DNA of 64,000 nt from an uncultured candidatus Brocadiaceae bacterium (GCA_964538915.1 CAZIFB010000023.1:3294-67293), one strand, 5' to 3'; numbered from the stretch's first letter, positions 25,301-34,701 are shown. Notes: generated by a model from the letters alone, not told the origin. A program made the numbers and translations.

Positions 25301-27549
25301 GCACCGACGAGTTCGTGGTCTCGCACTCGCGCCGCATCCTGCAGGAACGCGGAACGATCGCCGCGTCGGCGACGCGCACTCTGCTCGACATGCTGCACGG
25401 CCACGCCGACCCGTTCGCCAGGCTGCGCGCCCTGTGGGCACTGCATCTCACGAACGGCCTCGACGCCGCCGAACTGCTCGCCCTGCTCGCGAACACGAAC
25501 GAAGACCTGCGCGCCTGGGCCGTCCGCATCGCGGCGGAGCGCACCGATCGCTTCCCGACGGTGATGGCCGCCCTGCCCGCCATGGCGCGCACCGAGGGCT
25601 CGCCGGCGGTGCGCCTCGCACTCGCCTCGGCGCTCCAACGGCTGCCGGTGAAGGCGCGCCGCGACCTCGCCGCCGCGCTGCTCGCCCACGGCGAGGACAA
25701 CGGTGACCACAACATCCCGACGGTGCTCTGGTACGGCGTCGAACCGACCGCTGCGGTCGCCGGCGAGGACTTCGTGCAGCTCGCGCGGGACGCATCGCTC
25801 GCGAAGGTCCGGACCCTGATGTGGCGCCGCGCCGCGCTCGGCGACGAAGCGCAGCGGTCCCGCCTCGTCGCGATGCTCGCCAACGCCGATTCCCCGCATG
25901 CGGAGATCCTTCGGGCGATCGTCGCGGCGATGCGGGACGAACCGGGCATGGTCGCACCGAAAGGCTGGAGCTCGACCAGTGGCGCACTGCTCGCGAGCCG
26001 CGACGAGGCCGTTCGCGATCTCGCGGGTGAGATCGCACTCGCGTTCGGCGACATGAACCTCGCCCCGACCTTCCGGGCGCGGCTCGCCGACGCAACCGTT
26101 CCCACGCCCCGCCGCATCGCGGCGCTCGACGGTCTCGTGCGGCTGCGCGATCCCGCCACCGGGCCCGTCCTGCTGCACCTGCTCGACCAGCCGGACATGC
26201 GTCGCGCGGCGCTGAACGCACTCGGCGCGTACGACCTCCCCGACGCACCGGCGCGTGTCCTGGCCGTCCTCGACGCCCTCGACGCGACGGACCGCGAACT
26301 CGCCCTCACCACGCTCGCCGCGCGCCCCACGTCGGCGCGCGTGCTGCTGGAGTCGATCGTCGCCGGCACCACGAGCGCACGGCTGCTCGACGCGGCGAGC
26401 CTGCGGCGTCAGCTCCGTTCGCTCGGCGACCCCGACGTCGAGGCGCTCCTGCAGCGGGCCTGGGGCCGCAGCGTGCGCCCGGACGAAGGCGCCGCCGAAG
26501 ACATCGCACGCTACAAGCAGCTGTTGACGCCGGCGTTCCTCGCCGAGGCCGACCGTTCCAACGGCCGCGCGATCTTCGCGCGCACCTGCCAGGCGTGTCA
26601 CAAGCTGTTCGACCAGGGCGGAACGCTCGCGCCGGATCTGACCGGCAGCAACCGCGGCGACGTCGACTACCTGCTCGCGAACATCGTCGATCCGAGCGCC
26701 GAGGTCGGCCGTGAGTACCAGCTCGTCACCGCGCGCCTCGCCGACGGCCGCGTGTTCGCCGGCAACATCGTGAAGGACACCGCGGCGGCGGTCACGCTGA
26801 AGACGCTCGCCGGCACGCAGGTGATTCCGCGTGCCGACCTGGCGACGGGCACGAAGGAGAATCCCGCGATCGCCTACTCGCCGGTGTCGCTGATGCCCCC
26901 GGGGCAGTTGCAGATGCTGGCCGACACCGACGTTCGCGACCTGATCGCGTACCTGATGAGCAAGCAGCAGGTACCGATCGCGGCGTCACGCGAGAACCTC
27001 GGCACGTTCTTCGACGGCCGCTCCCTCGCCGGCTGGAGCGCGAACCCGGCCGTGTGGCACGTCGAAGACGGCGAACTCGTCGGCAGCACCGCCACCGGCA
27101 TCCCGCACAACGACTTCGCACAGAGCGATCTGCTGCTCGGCGACTTCCGGCTCGAACTCGAGGTGAAGCTGTCGCCGGACACCGCGAACTCAGGCATCCA
27201 GTTCCGCAGCGTCGGACTCCCGGACGGCGAGATGCGCGGTTACCAGGCGGACATCGGCGCGGGCTGGTGGGGCCTGCTCTACGAGGAGAACGGGCGGGCC
27301 GTCCTGCAGAAGGCGGCCGCGAACCCCGTCCGCGTCGGCGAGTGGAACGACTACGAGATCCTCGCCACCGGCAGTCGTGTACAGCTCGCGATCAACGGCG
27401 TTCGCACCGTCGATTTCACCGACGAGGCCGGACTGCGCCGCGGCATCGTCGCGCTCCAGGTCCACTCCGGCGGACCGACCGAAGTGCGCTTCCGCAGGTT
27501 CCGGCTCGAAGTCGACCCGCAGCCCGAGCTTCGCAGCGTGAGACGCTGA
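22381..27549 (+). CDS. 1722-aa secreted mosaic protein: FG-GAP repeats, lectin-like domain, PVC-type membrane-bound-dehydrogenase domain, HEAT-like repeats, CxxCH heme-binding domain, DUF1080
   Basis: Short signal peptide. N-terminal GDLDGDGDADV/VDGDGHND/GDIDGDGRRD/TDVDGDGDADV loops. FESGSLRGWTATGNAFEGQP...GGWGHVNFDAF. LHQPVALWVDQRARLWVAEAYSYP...WGPDGWLYGTHG...NPWGVDFDERGEAF. CQACH at 26587-26601 followed by DLTGSNRGDVDYLLANIVDPS. C-terminal WHVEDGELVG...NSGIQFRS...VALQVHSGGPTEVRFRRFRLE (DUF1080-like). Confidence 0.9.
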   Translation: MPSPTLALLALLAPQEPAAPPTRPLSFERQVLSDRFLCEGAGFGDLDGDGDADVVAGPWWYEGPEFTQRHALYPEKQFHRLHYSDNFFAWVRDVDGDGHNDVFCVGFPGQDAFWLRNPGEKDGEWVRHVVFQGIDNESPEFVDLTGDGKPELVCQNNDRLGWIQADWNDPKKAWTFHTALGKGAGAAFTHGLGAGDIDGDGRRDIVTARGWYAQPKELTCDPEWTFHAVPFSPGHGGAQMLVTDVDGDGDADVVTSYSAHGWGLAWFEQQEAGAFVAHELMPAKPAPGNVSELHALCLCDLDGDGLQDVVTGKRWWSHGPTKDGNADGANDPAILLGLLLRRDGKSARYEVTVLDGDSGVGTQVVAGDVDGDGDTDVVVGNKKGTFVLRQQEPKKVGKAPAAVGEPPDLDFESGSLRGWTATGNAFEGQPIRGDTVAARRAKMRSAHQGEFWVGGYELLGDEPTGTLTSNPFPVTGAWATFLVGGGETDATRVEVLDAADDRVLFSAHGTNRETMEPVLLDLRAHAGKSLRIRLVDETSGGWGHVNFDAFLFHDAPVRGTLPDSIGGLAPAEAARAMTALPGFQVDLIAAEPDLHQPVALWVDQRARLWVAEAYSYPTRREDKDARDTILVFEDRDHDGSYESRTVFFDKLNLVSGLACGFGGVWVGAAPHLLFIPDANGDLVPDGPPEVVLDGFGYEDTHETLNSFTWGPDGWLYGTHGVFTESNVGVPGTPADRRVALTCGVWRFQPQRREFEVFAYGTSNPWGVDFDERGEAFLACCVIPHLWHMAQGGRFRRQSGSHADPHPWIEIATIADHLHYAGSTRDHAWWGRERAVVDPGTDAAGGGHAHCGTLIYKGDAFPPEFRGAMLFHNIHGNRVNQDRLERRGSGYVGHHAPDLVKANDPWFRGVALRQGAAGEVFFIDWYDKLACHREKPELWDRTNGRMYRLSYGAPRGVDVAFDAETDDQLAAAQASTDEFVVSHSRRILQERGTIAASATRTLLDMLHGHADPFARLRALWALHLTNGLDAAELLALLANTNEDLRAWAVRIAAERTDRFPTVMAALPAMARTEGSPAVRLALASALQRLPVKARRDLAAALLAHGEDNGDHNIPTVLWYGVEPTAAVAGEDFVQLARDASLAKVRTLMWRRAALGDEAQRSRLVAMLANADSPHAEILRAIVAAMRDEPGMVAPKGWSSTSGALLASRDEAVRDLAGEIALAFGDMNLAPTFRARLADATVPTPRRIAALDGLVRLRDPATGPVLLHLLDQPDMRRAALNALGAYDLPDAPARVLAVLDALDATDRELALTTLAARPTSARVLLESIVAGTTSARLLDAASLRRQLRSLGDPDVEALLQRAWGRSVRPDEGAAEDIARYKQLLTPAFLAEADRSNGRAIFARTCQACHKLFDQGGTLAPDLTGSNRGDVDYLLANIVDPSAEVGREYQLVTARLADGRVFAGNIVKDTAAAVTLKTLAGTQVIPRADLATGTKENPAIAYSPVSLMPPGQLQMLADTDVRDLIAYLMSKQQVPIAASRENLGTFFDGRSLAGWSANPAVWHVEDGELVGSTATGIPHNDFAQSDLLLGDFRLELEVKLSPDTANSGIQFRSVGLPDGEMRGYQADIGAGWWGLLYEENGRAVLQKAAANPVRVGEWNDYEILATGSRVQLAINGVRTVDFTDEAGLRRGIVALQVHSGGPTEVRFRRFRLEVDPQPELRSVRR

Positions 27550-27564
27550 GCGCGAGTCCGCGCG

Positions 27565-30207
27565 TCACTGCACGTCGATCGATCGAACGTTCGAACTCGG
27601 CAGCGGCCACGGGTCCGCGGCGGTCAGGTCGTACGCGATGGCCTGCACGTGGAAGTCCGGCCACGGCAACGGCGGGATCGTCCACGACACGGAGTCCGTT
27701 CCCGCGTCGAACAGGCGCGGATCGGTCCAGACGATTTCGCTGAACGCGTTGCCGATGCCGAGATCGACGATGCCGGGCGCCGACGACGGCGCGTTGCTCG
27801 TACTGAAGCCGATCATCGCGATCGACCACGACGGGAGGGAGCCGGTGCCGCAGTGGACCTGGAACGTCCACGACGGCGTGATCCACGGCGGCGCCGCGAC
27901 GACGAGCGGGCCCGTCGTCGGGCTGACCTGGATGACCGTCACACCGCTGCCGCCGACGGAGTTCCAGACCGACAGACCGTACCACGACGGCTGCAGTCCC
28001 TGCGGCGGGTACACGCGCATCTCCGTGGGGCTCACGATCTCGAACCAGCCGAGATGCCAGTTCGCCGGCGTCGTGTCGGTGATCGAGTAGAGGCCGAAGC
28101 GCACGCTGGTCGCGGTGTCCAGCCGTTCGCCCGTGACGACGATCGGCACGTTGCCGACGTTCGGCACGTTCGTCGAGCTGACGCCGGTCACCGCGGGACG
28201 GCGCGGGAACGACGGGAGTCCGTAGGTCGGGAACAGATCGTCGGTCGGCCACGACGGCACCGCGTCGATCAGGTCGTTCAGGTAGTCGAAGTCGGTCGCC
28301 GCGTCGCCGCGATTCACGAGCACGGTGACCGAGATGCCGTCGGTGCGCCAGAACGTGCGCGTCTTGCAGTCGGACAGGTCCCCGCTCTTGTTGTAGACGA
28401 CCACGCCGTTCGGCCGCTGGCTCCAGCTGAACGAACCCGGCGTGCTCTGGGTGATCGGCTCGTACGGCCCCGCCGGGAACGTGTGCTGCGCCAGCATGCT
28501 CGCCTGCCGCGTCTGGTCGAGGACGATCCAATCCGCGCCGAGACCGAACGTGCCGGCCATCACGCGTGCCCAATCGACCGCCGAGAAGGCCATGCCGCCC
28601 GAACCGTCGGCCAGACCGAGGTCGGCGGACCACTGCGACGCCTTGCGCGTCTGCGCGGTCACGAGGTTGCTCTTCAGGAGGTAGAGCTCGGGCGCCTGCC
28701 CACGCAGTTCGCCGACCGCGAGGTTCGCGGAGAGCGACGCGGCGACGCGAGCGCGGTTGATGCCGAACGGCGTGTACAGGTTGTTCTGCAGCCACGTCTG
28801 CATCGACTGGCCGGAGACGTGTCGGACGACCTGGCTGGCGAGCAGGAAGCCCGTGTTGCAGTAGGAGGCCGCGGTTCCCGGCTGGAACCAGTACGGTCGG
28901 CTCGACAGCCAGTCGACGGCCTGCGCGTGACTCGCCGGCAGCGGCGCGTTCCCCGCGCCCGAGTAGGAGTACTCGGCCGCCTGGATGCCCGAGTAGTTGC
29001 GCTCCATCCCGCTCGTGTACTCGAGGCAGTTCAGCAGCGAGACGTTGCCGAAGTTGGTACCGCCGGTCGTCAGCCCGAGGATCGACTTCGGCTTCTGCGA
29101 CAACGTCACCTGGCCGTCCTGCACCAGCTTGTGCACCGCGATCGCCGTGAGCACCTTCGTCATGCTGGCGATCCGGAACAGACTCGTCGGCTGCGTCGCG
29201 TGGGTCCCGGTCTCGCCCCACGTGTAGCCGCGCGCGAACACGAGGCGGCCGTCCTTGGTGATCGCGATCGCGGCGTTGCGAGCGCGTTCGGTGTGCAGGA
29301 GCCACGTCATGTAGGTGTCGAACGCCGCGAATTCCGAGCGCGCGACGCCGGTCGTCAGGTCCGTTCGCGCCAGCGGTGTCGCGTGTTGCGCGAACGAGCC
29401 GGCGACGCGCAAGCCCGTGCCCGATCCGCCGGACGCGATGATCTGCGGATTCCGGCCGAAGCCGATCTGCGTCGCATTCGTGCTCTGCCACGACGCCGAT
29501 GTCTGACCCGAGTACACCGCGTCCGAACCGACGCGGTCGTCGCGCCAGACAGATACGTATTGCTGGCTGTCGGACATGCCGAGCGCGGCCAAGCGCGCCT
29601 CTGCCTCCTGCATCGCGCTGCTCGTCTCGTCGAACGCCGCGGCATCGGCGTCGAGCACGTGCCCCCACGAGTCACCGCTCGTGTTCGGTTCGAAGACGGC
29701 GGTGTACCAGGGCGACGACTGGGTGTTGTAGACGTCGACGCTCACCGGCCAGCGCCCGAGATCGCGCTGCTGGCCGCAGGTCGTCTCGAAGCTCGATGCC
29801 GTGTTGCCGAACAACTCGACGACCGACGCACCGTCCGAGACGAACACGGCAGCGAACACGATGTCGCTCCCGGTGCCGGCGGCGGTCACGAGCTTCGCCC
29901 GGTAACCCTGACCGATCCACGTCGTGCGCTGCGTCAGGTACTGCGTCAGCGTCATGCCGTGACCTGCGACCCACGACGGCCCCGTCGCGAGCCGCCACAC
30001 CGCCGAGTAGCGCTGCGTCGACAGACCACCGGAGACGGCGAGCTGTTCGAGGCGGTACCCCTGCGCACGCAGCGTCGTGTACTGCGTCTGGTGCGACGTC
30101 GCCGTCACCCCGTGGTAGGCGACGATCTGGGCAACCGCGGTCAGTGCGAACAGGGCCGACGCCGCGGCGATCCGCAGCGCTGCGAAGAGGGACGGGAAGG
30201 AGGGCAT
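27565..30207 (-). CDS. secreted beta-lactamase-family serine hydrolase with five N-terminal ~50-aa tandem repeats, an IPT/TIG-like domain and the shared C-terminal module
   Basis: Start moved to ATG 30207 ([27 protein letters not shown]). Repeats follow the pattern h.G.T...Y/F....GYR....YxAVW/F. Catalytic SxxK in [18 protein letters not shown]-like [24 protein letters not shown]. Confidence 0.85.
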   Translation of the reverse strand: MPSFPSLFAALRIAAASALFALTAVAQIVAYHGVTATSHQTQYTTLRAQGYRLEQLAVSGGLSTQRYSAVWRLATGPSWVAGHGMTLTQYLTQRTTWIGQGYRAKLVTAAGTGSDIVFAAVFVSDGASVVELFGNTASSFETTCGQQRDLGRWPVSVDVYNTQSSPWYTAVFEPNTSGDSWGHVLDADAAAFDETSSAMQEAEARLAALGMSDSQQYVSVWRDDRVGSDAVYSGQTSASWQSTNATQIGFGRNPQIIASGGSGTGLRVAGSFAQHATPLARTDLTTGVARSEFAAFDTYMTWLLHTERARNAAIAITKDGRLVFARGYTWGETGTHATQPTSLFRIASMTKVLTAIAVHKLVQDGQVTLSQKPKSILGLTTGGTNFGNVSLLNCLEYTSGMERNYSGIQAAEYSYSGAGNAPLPASHAQAVDWLSSRPYWFQPGTAASYCNTGFLLASQVVRHVSGQSMQTWLQNNLYTPFGINRARVAASLSANLAVGELRGQAPELYLLKSNLVTAQTRKASQWSADLGLADGSGGMAFSAVDWARVMAGTFGLGADWIVLDQTRQASMLAQHTFPAGPYEPITQSTPGSFSWSQRPNGVVVYNKSGDLSDCKTRTFWRTDGISVTVLVNRGDAATDFDYLNDLIDAVPSWPTDDLFPTYGLPSFPRRPAVTGVSSTNVPNVGNVPIVVTGERLDTATSVRFGLYSITDTTPANWHLGWFEIVSPTEMRVYPPQGLQPSWYGLSVWNSVGGSGVTVIQVSPTTGPLVVAAPPWITPSWTFQVHCGTGSLPSWSIAMIGFSTSNAPSSAPGIVDLGIGNAFSEIVWTDPRLFDAGTDSVSWTIPPLPWPDFHVQAIAYDLTAADPWPLPSSNVRSIDVQ

Positions 30208-30348
30208 CGAAAGGAAGCAGCGAACCGCCGGCCCTCCGTGTTCGCGGATTCCGGGAGAACCACCCGCAGTCTCCCGCTGAGACCGATGCCATCGCGGCGA
30301 CGGGCACATCGCCGCCCGATGCGGTCGCGCGTGTTACGTTCGTTCGGC

Positions 30349-31959
30349 ATGCCGCAGTCCACCGAAACGACGAAGACCTCGCCCGCCGTCCGACTGCCCG
30401 ACGATCTCGCCTCGGCATCCGGCGCCGTACTCACCCCGGAAGCGCTCGCGTTCGTGACCGACCTGCAGCGACGCTTCGGCCCGCGCCGCAAGGCGCTGCT
30501 CGAGCGGAGGAAGGACGTGAACCAGCGCCTCGCGGCCGGCGCGCTTCCCGATTTCCTGCCGGAGACGAAGTGGGTCCGCACATCGGAGTGGCGCGTGGCG
30601 CCCGTGCCCGCGGAGTTGCTCGACCGCCGCGTCGAGATCACGGGCCCGGTCGAACGGAAGATGGTCATCAACGCGCTGAACAGCGGCGCCGACGTCTTCA
30701 TGGCGGACTTCGAGGACAGCTGCGCCCCGACGTTCCGCAACGTGATCGAGGGCCAGCAGAACCTGTCCGACGCGGTGCGTCGCACGATCGCCTTCACCGA
30801 CGAGAAGACGGGCAAGCGTTACGCGCTCGCCGAGAAGGTCGCGGTGCTGTTCGTCCGCCCGCGCGGCTGGCACCTCGAGGAGAAGCACGTGCTCGTCGAC
30901 GGGCAGCCGGTGTCCGGTTCGCTGTTCGACTTCGGCCTCTTCTTCTTCCACAACGCCAAGGAGCAGCTCGCGCGCGGCACGGCGCCGTACTTCTACCTGC
31001 CGAAGATGGAGAGCCACCTCGAGGCGAGACTCTGGAACGACGTGTTCGCGTACGCGCAGCACGCTCTCGGGATCCCGCACGGGACGATCAAGGCGACCGT
31101 CCTGATCGAGACGATCCTCGGTTCGTTCGTGATGGACGAGATCCTCCACGAACTGCGCGACCACTCGGCCGGACTCAACTGCGGCCGGTGGGACTACATC
31201 TTCTCGTTCATCAAGAAGCTCGGTCACGACGCCGCGCGCGTGATGCCCGACCGCGCGACGGTGACGATGGAGCAGCACTTCCTCCGCAGCTACAGCCGCC
31301 TCCTGATCGAGACGTGCCACCGCCGCGGCGCGTTCGCCATGGGCGGCATGGCCGCGCAGATCCCGATCAAGAACGACGCCGAAGCGAACGAACGCGCAAT
31401 GGCGAAGGTGCGCGCCGACAAGCAGCGCGAGGCGAAGGACGGCCACGACGGCACATGGGTCGCGCACCCCGGACTCGTCGCGATCGCACGCGAACAGTTC
31501 GACGCGGTGCTCGCCGGCCGCAAGAACCAGCTCGAGGTCCGTCTGCCCGACCTGCGCGTGACGCAGCAGGACCTGCTGCAAGTGCCTGCCGGTCAGATCA
31601 CCGAAGGCGGCCTGCGACAGAACCTCGCGGTCGGCGTCCGCTACACCGAGGCATGGCTGCGCGGCAGCGGCTGCGTGCCGATCTTCAACCTCATGGAAGA
31701 CGCGGCGACCGCCGAGATCTCGCGCACGCAGGTCTGGCAGTGGCGCCACCACGGTGCTCGTCTCGCCGACGGCCGCGTGATCGACGCCGCGCTCGTGCGC
31801 ACGACACTCGCCGACGAAGTCGCGAAGGTGCGCGCCGAACTCGGCGACGAGGCCTTCGGCAAGAGCCGCTTCGCCGACGCAGCGAGCCTGTTCGAGTCGC
31901 TGATCCTCGCCGACGAACTGCCCGAGTGGCTGACGGTGCCCGCCTACGCGCACCTCTGA
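30349..31959 (+). CDS. aceB: malate synthase A
   Basis: C-terminal 536 aa of track ORF 27649..31959. Motifs [57 protein letters not shown]. Confidence 0.95.
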   Translation: MPQSTETTKTSPAVRLPDDLASASGAVLTPEALAFVTDLQRRFGPRRKALLERRKDVNQRLAAGALPDFLPETKWVRTSEWRVAPVPAELLDRRVEITGPVERKMVINALNSGADVFMADFEDSCAPTFRNVIEGQQNLSDAVRRTIAFTDEKTGKRYALAEKVAVLFVRPRGWHLEEKHVLVDGQPVSGSLFDFGLFFFHNAKEQLARGTAPYFYLPKMESHLEARLWNDVFAYAQHALGIPHGTIKATVLIETILGSFVMDEILHELRDHSAGLNCGRWDYIFSFIKKLGHDAARVMPDRATVTMEQHFLRSYSRLLIETCHRRGAFAMGGMAAQIPIKNDAEANERAMAKVRADKQREAKDGHDGTWVAHPGLVAIAREQFDAVLAGRKNQLEVRLPDLRVTQQDLLQVPAGQITEGGLRQNLAVGVRYTEAWLRGSGCVPIFNLMEDAATAEISRTQVWQWRHHGARLADGRVIDAALVRTTLADEVAKVRAELGDEAFGKSRFADAASLFESLILADELPEWLTVPAYAHL

Positions 31960-31963
31960 TAGC

Positions 31964-32021
31964 GCCTTCTCTTCGTTCTCCTCTCGCTCTTTCTTCTCCC
32001 GACTCTCGTTCTTTCCCACCC
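31964..32021 (+). other. 58-nt polypyrimidine (about 90% C/T) aceB-aceA spacer
   Basis: gccttctcttcgttctcctctcgctctttcttctcccgactctcgttctttcccaccc lies immediately before ATG 32022. It has about 6 purines, no Shine-Dalgarno, and is visibly T-richer than its surroundings. Confidence 0.6.
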
Positions 32022-33341
32022 ATGACCTGCATCCGCAGCACTTCCGCATCCGATCCGTACCTCCCGCACCTGCCGCTCCCGCAGGGTCGTTTCGCCGGTA
32101 TCCAGCGCGACTACTCACCCGCTGACGTCGAGAAGCTGCGGGGCAGCATCCGCATCCGCCACACGCTGGCCGAAGCGGGCGCCGCGCGACTGTGGGACCT
32201 GCTGCACCGGCCCGAACACACCGCGGCGCTGGGCGCACTGACCGGCAACCAGGCCGTGCAGATGGTCAAGGCCGGATTGAAGGCGATCTACCTCTCGGGC
32301 TGGCAAGTCGCGGCCGACGCGAACCTCGCGGGCCACATGTATCCCGACCAGAGTCTCTACCCGAGCAACTCGGTGCCCCAGGTCGTGAAGCGCATCAACC
32401 AGGCGCTGCAGCGCGCCGACCAGATCGCGCACATGGAACAGAAGGGCGACCAGACGCACTGGTTCGCACCCATCGTCGCCGACGCCGAAGCGGGCTTCGG
32501 TGGCCCGCTGAACGCATTCGAGCTCATGAAGCTGATGATCGAAGCGGGCGCCGCCGGCGTGCACTTCGAAGACCAGCTGGCGAGCGAGAAGAAGTGCGGC
32601 CACCTCGGCGGCAAGGTCCTCGTGCCGACGCAGACCTTCGTGCGCACTCTCAACGCGGCGCGCCTCGCGGCCGACGTCTCCGGCGTGCCGACGATCCTCG
32701 TCGCGCGCACCGACGCCGACGCTGCGGGTCTGCTCACGAGCGACGTCGACGAACGTGACCGCGCCTTCGTCACCGGCGAACGCACGAACGAAGGATTCTT
32801 CGTGACCAAGGCCGGCCTGCCGCAGGCGATCGCGCGCGGGCTCGCCTACGCGCCGTACGCCGATGTCGTGTGGTGCGAGACGAGCCACCCGGATCTCGCC
32901 GAAGCGAAGGCGTTCGCCGAAGCGATCCACGCCAAGTTCCCCGGCAAGCTGCTCGCGTACAACTGCTCGCCGTCGTTCCACTGGAAGAAGAACCTCGACG
33001 ACTCGACCATCGCGCGCTTCCAGCGCGAGCTGAACGCGATGGGCTACAAGTTCCAGTTCGTGACGCTCGCGGGCTTCCACGCCCTCAACCACTCGATCTT
33101 CGAGCTGGCGCACGACTACAAGGACCACGGCATGGCGGCCTACGTGAAGCTGCAGCAGGCCGAGTTCGACGCCGAGAAGCGCGGCTACACCGCGACGAAG
33201 CACCAGCGCGAGGTCGGCACCGGCTACTTCGACGCCGTCACGCAGGCGGTCAGCCAGGGCAAGTCGTCGACGACGGCGCTCGCCGGCTCGACCGAAGCCG
33301 AGCAGTTCTACGGGGACAAGAACAAGCGCCACTCGGCGTGA
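32022..33341 (+). CDS. aceA: isocitrate lyase
   Basis: C-terminal 439 aa of track ORF 29499..33341. Motifs [36 protein letters not shown] (ICL signature), [19 protein letters not shown]. Confidence 0.95.
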   Translation: MTCIRSTSASDPYLPHLPLPQGRFAGIQRDYSPADVEKLRGSIRIRHTLAEAGAARLWDLLHRPEHTAALGALTGNQAVQMVKAGLKAIYLSGWQVAADANLAGHMYPDQSLYPSNSVPQVVKRINQALQRADQIAHMEQKGDQTHWFAPIVADAEAGFGGPLNAFELMKLMIEAGAAGVHFEDQLASEKKCGHLGGKVLVPTQTFVRTLNAARLAADVSGVPTILVARTDADAAGLLTSDVDERDRAFVTGERTNEGFFVTKAGLPQAIARGLAYAPYADVVWCETSHPDLAEAKAFAEAIHAKFPGKLLAYNCSPSFHWKKNLDDSTIARFQRELNAMGYKFQFVTLAGFHALNHSIFELAHDYKDHGMAAYVKLQQAEFDAEKRGYTATKHQREVGTGYFDAVTQAVSQGKSSTTALAGSTEAEQFYGDKNKRHSA

Positions 33342-33352
33342 TCGCGGGGCCC

Positions 33353-33376
33353 GGGTTCGCGCGCAGGCGCGAACCC
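33353..33376 (+). terminator. GC-rich hairpin 12 nt after the aceA stop (10-bp stem, GCAG loop, no U-tract)
   Basis: gggttcgcgc gcag gcgcgaaccc, perfect complementarity checked by hand. Confidence 0.4.
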
Positions 33377-33569
33377 CCGGCTTCCGGCGGCGGCCCCGGC
33401 TCATGATGGCCGGAGAAGGACGCGTCACCCTCACGCGGCACGGCGCGCCTGCCCGTGCCGGTCGGCCCGCATCGCGCAGCGCGTGAGGCGATGGCCTTCT
33501 CGACGCTGGGACGGGTCGGAGAGGTTGATGTCGGGGGGCGACTGATCTGGCGTCTCAACGCAACGTTGG

Positions 33570-33593
33570 AGCGGCGATCGCGCGATCGCCGCT
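33570..33593 (-). terminator. perfect 24-nt palindrome overlapping the stop codon of gene 33592..34701
   Basis: agcggcgatcgcgcgatcgccgct equals its own reverse complement. Confidence 0.35.
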
Positions 33594-34701
33594 AACGAAG
33601 CAGAGCGCCGAGCCGCGCGACGAGCAGTGCCTCGGCGTCCGCGAGCGACTTCGGCATCGCCTTGCTCACCGCCGGGCTCTGGTCGTTCTGGAAGTCGACG
33701 AGCACGTAGTCGCCGGTCGCCGTGGTGACCACGGCGTGCAGGTAGCAGTGTTTGCCTTCGGCATCGACGCCGAGGTCCGCGGCGAGCACGTAGTCGACCT
33801 CCGGCGCAGGAGCCTTGCCGAGCGACGCCTTCACCGCGCGCGCCAGGTCCCAAAGGCGCTTCTGTTCGTTGCTGTCCGCGGCCACGGTCGGCTTCGCGCC
33901 GTCCGCCTTCGCCTCGGCGCGGCAGCCGAACTCCTTGCCGATCGCTTCGGCGAGCCGCGCCGCACTCGTGACGTCGTGAGCACCGGCCACGACCGTCGGC
34001 AGCACGGCGACCCGCGCCTTGCCGATCGTGTCGCGCATCGTCGCGAGCCGTGCCTTCATCGCCGCGAACTCCTTCTGGTCGGGCACACCCGACCGCTCCT
34101 TCCAGCCCTTCGCGAACTTGCCGTCGCGCACGCTGCCGGGCGCCTTCTTCCAATCGGCGAGCCCGAAGAGGCGATCGGCGACGAGCATCGAGCAGCCGAG
34201 CGGATCGGGGTCCTTCGCCGCGGTGCGCTTGAAGTCGGCGTCGGCGGGTGTCTGTCGGTCGACGAGCACGACGTGCCCCGCTCCGTCGGCGACGACGAAG
34301 CGGACCTCCTCGGGCCCGGTCTTCGGCGTGCCGAGGAACTCCGCATACAGGTGGTGTCTCTTCGCGGCCTCGCCGCCGAGTGCCGCCACGTGCGCAGAGA
34401 ACAGTGCGGGCACGTCGTCCCACTTCGTGTCCTTCGGCGGCGTGAACGGAGCCGCGGCGACGTCGAGGTCGGTCATGCCCTGCTTCTCCAGGACGAGGCC
34501 GAGCGCTTCGGCGACCCGCGAATCCGGGCGGCCCAGCACGACGATCGGATGCAAGACGAACGGCGCCGCAACGCCAGCGGCGTGCAGGGCCTCGCGGCGC
34601 GCAGTGTTCTCGGGATCCTGCGGCGCCATGGCGAAAGCGGGACACGACGCGGCGGCCGCAACGGCGGCGAGGAGAGAAGGGAACGGGCGAAGACGGATCA
34701 C
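33592..34701 (-). CDS. secreted/lipoprotein-like hypothetical protein with internal ~150-aa duplication
   Basis: GTG start at 34701 with GGAGG 7 nt upstream. Signal peptide MIRLRPFPSLLAAVAAAASC. The two halves share the pattern hhVLxxVVxG...YAEFLG/YVLAADLG...VVLVDRQ/YVLVDFQ. No family recognised. Confidence 0.65.
   Translation of the reverse strand: MIRLRPFPSLLAAVAAAASCPAFAMAPQDPENTARREALHAAGVAAPFVLHPIVVLGRPDSRVAEALGLVLEKQGMTDLDVAAAPFTPPKDTKWDDVPALFSAHVAALGGEAAKRHHLYAEFLGTPKTGPEEVRFVVADGAGHVVLVDRQTPADADFKRTAAKDPDPLGCSMLVADRLFGLADWKKAPGSVRDGKFAKGWKERSGVPDQKEFAAMKARLATMRDTIGKARVAVLPTVVAGAHDVTSAARLAEAIGKEFGCRAEAKADGAKPTVAADSNEQKRLWDLARAVKASLGKAPAPEVDYVLAADLGVDAEGKHCYLHAVVTTATGDYVLVDFQNDQSPAVSKAMPKSLADAEALLVARLGALLR

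Noticed and set aside
27649-33341. 1436-aa and 1280-aa plus-strand ORFs containing malate synthase and isocitrate lyase at their C-termini
   Set aside because: The N-terminal extensions are low-complexity and antisense to the beta-lactamase-family gene. The real starts are ATG 30349 and ATG 32022.
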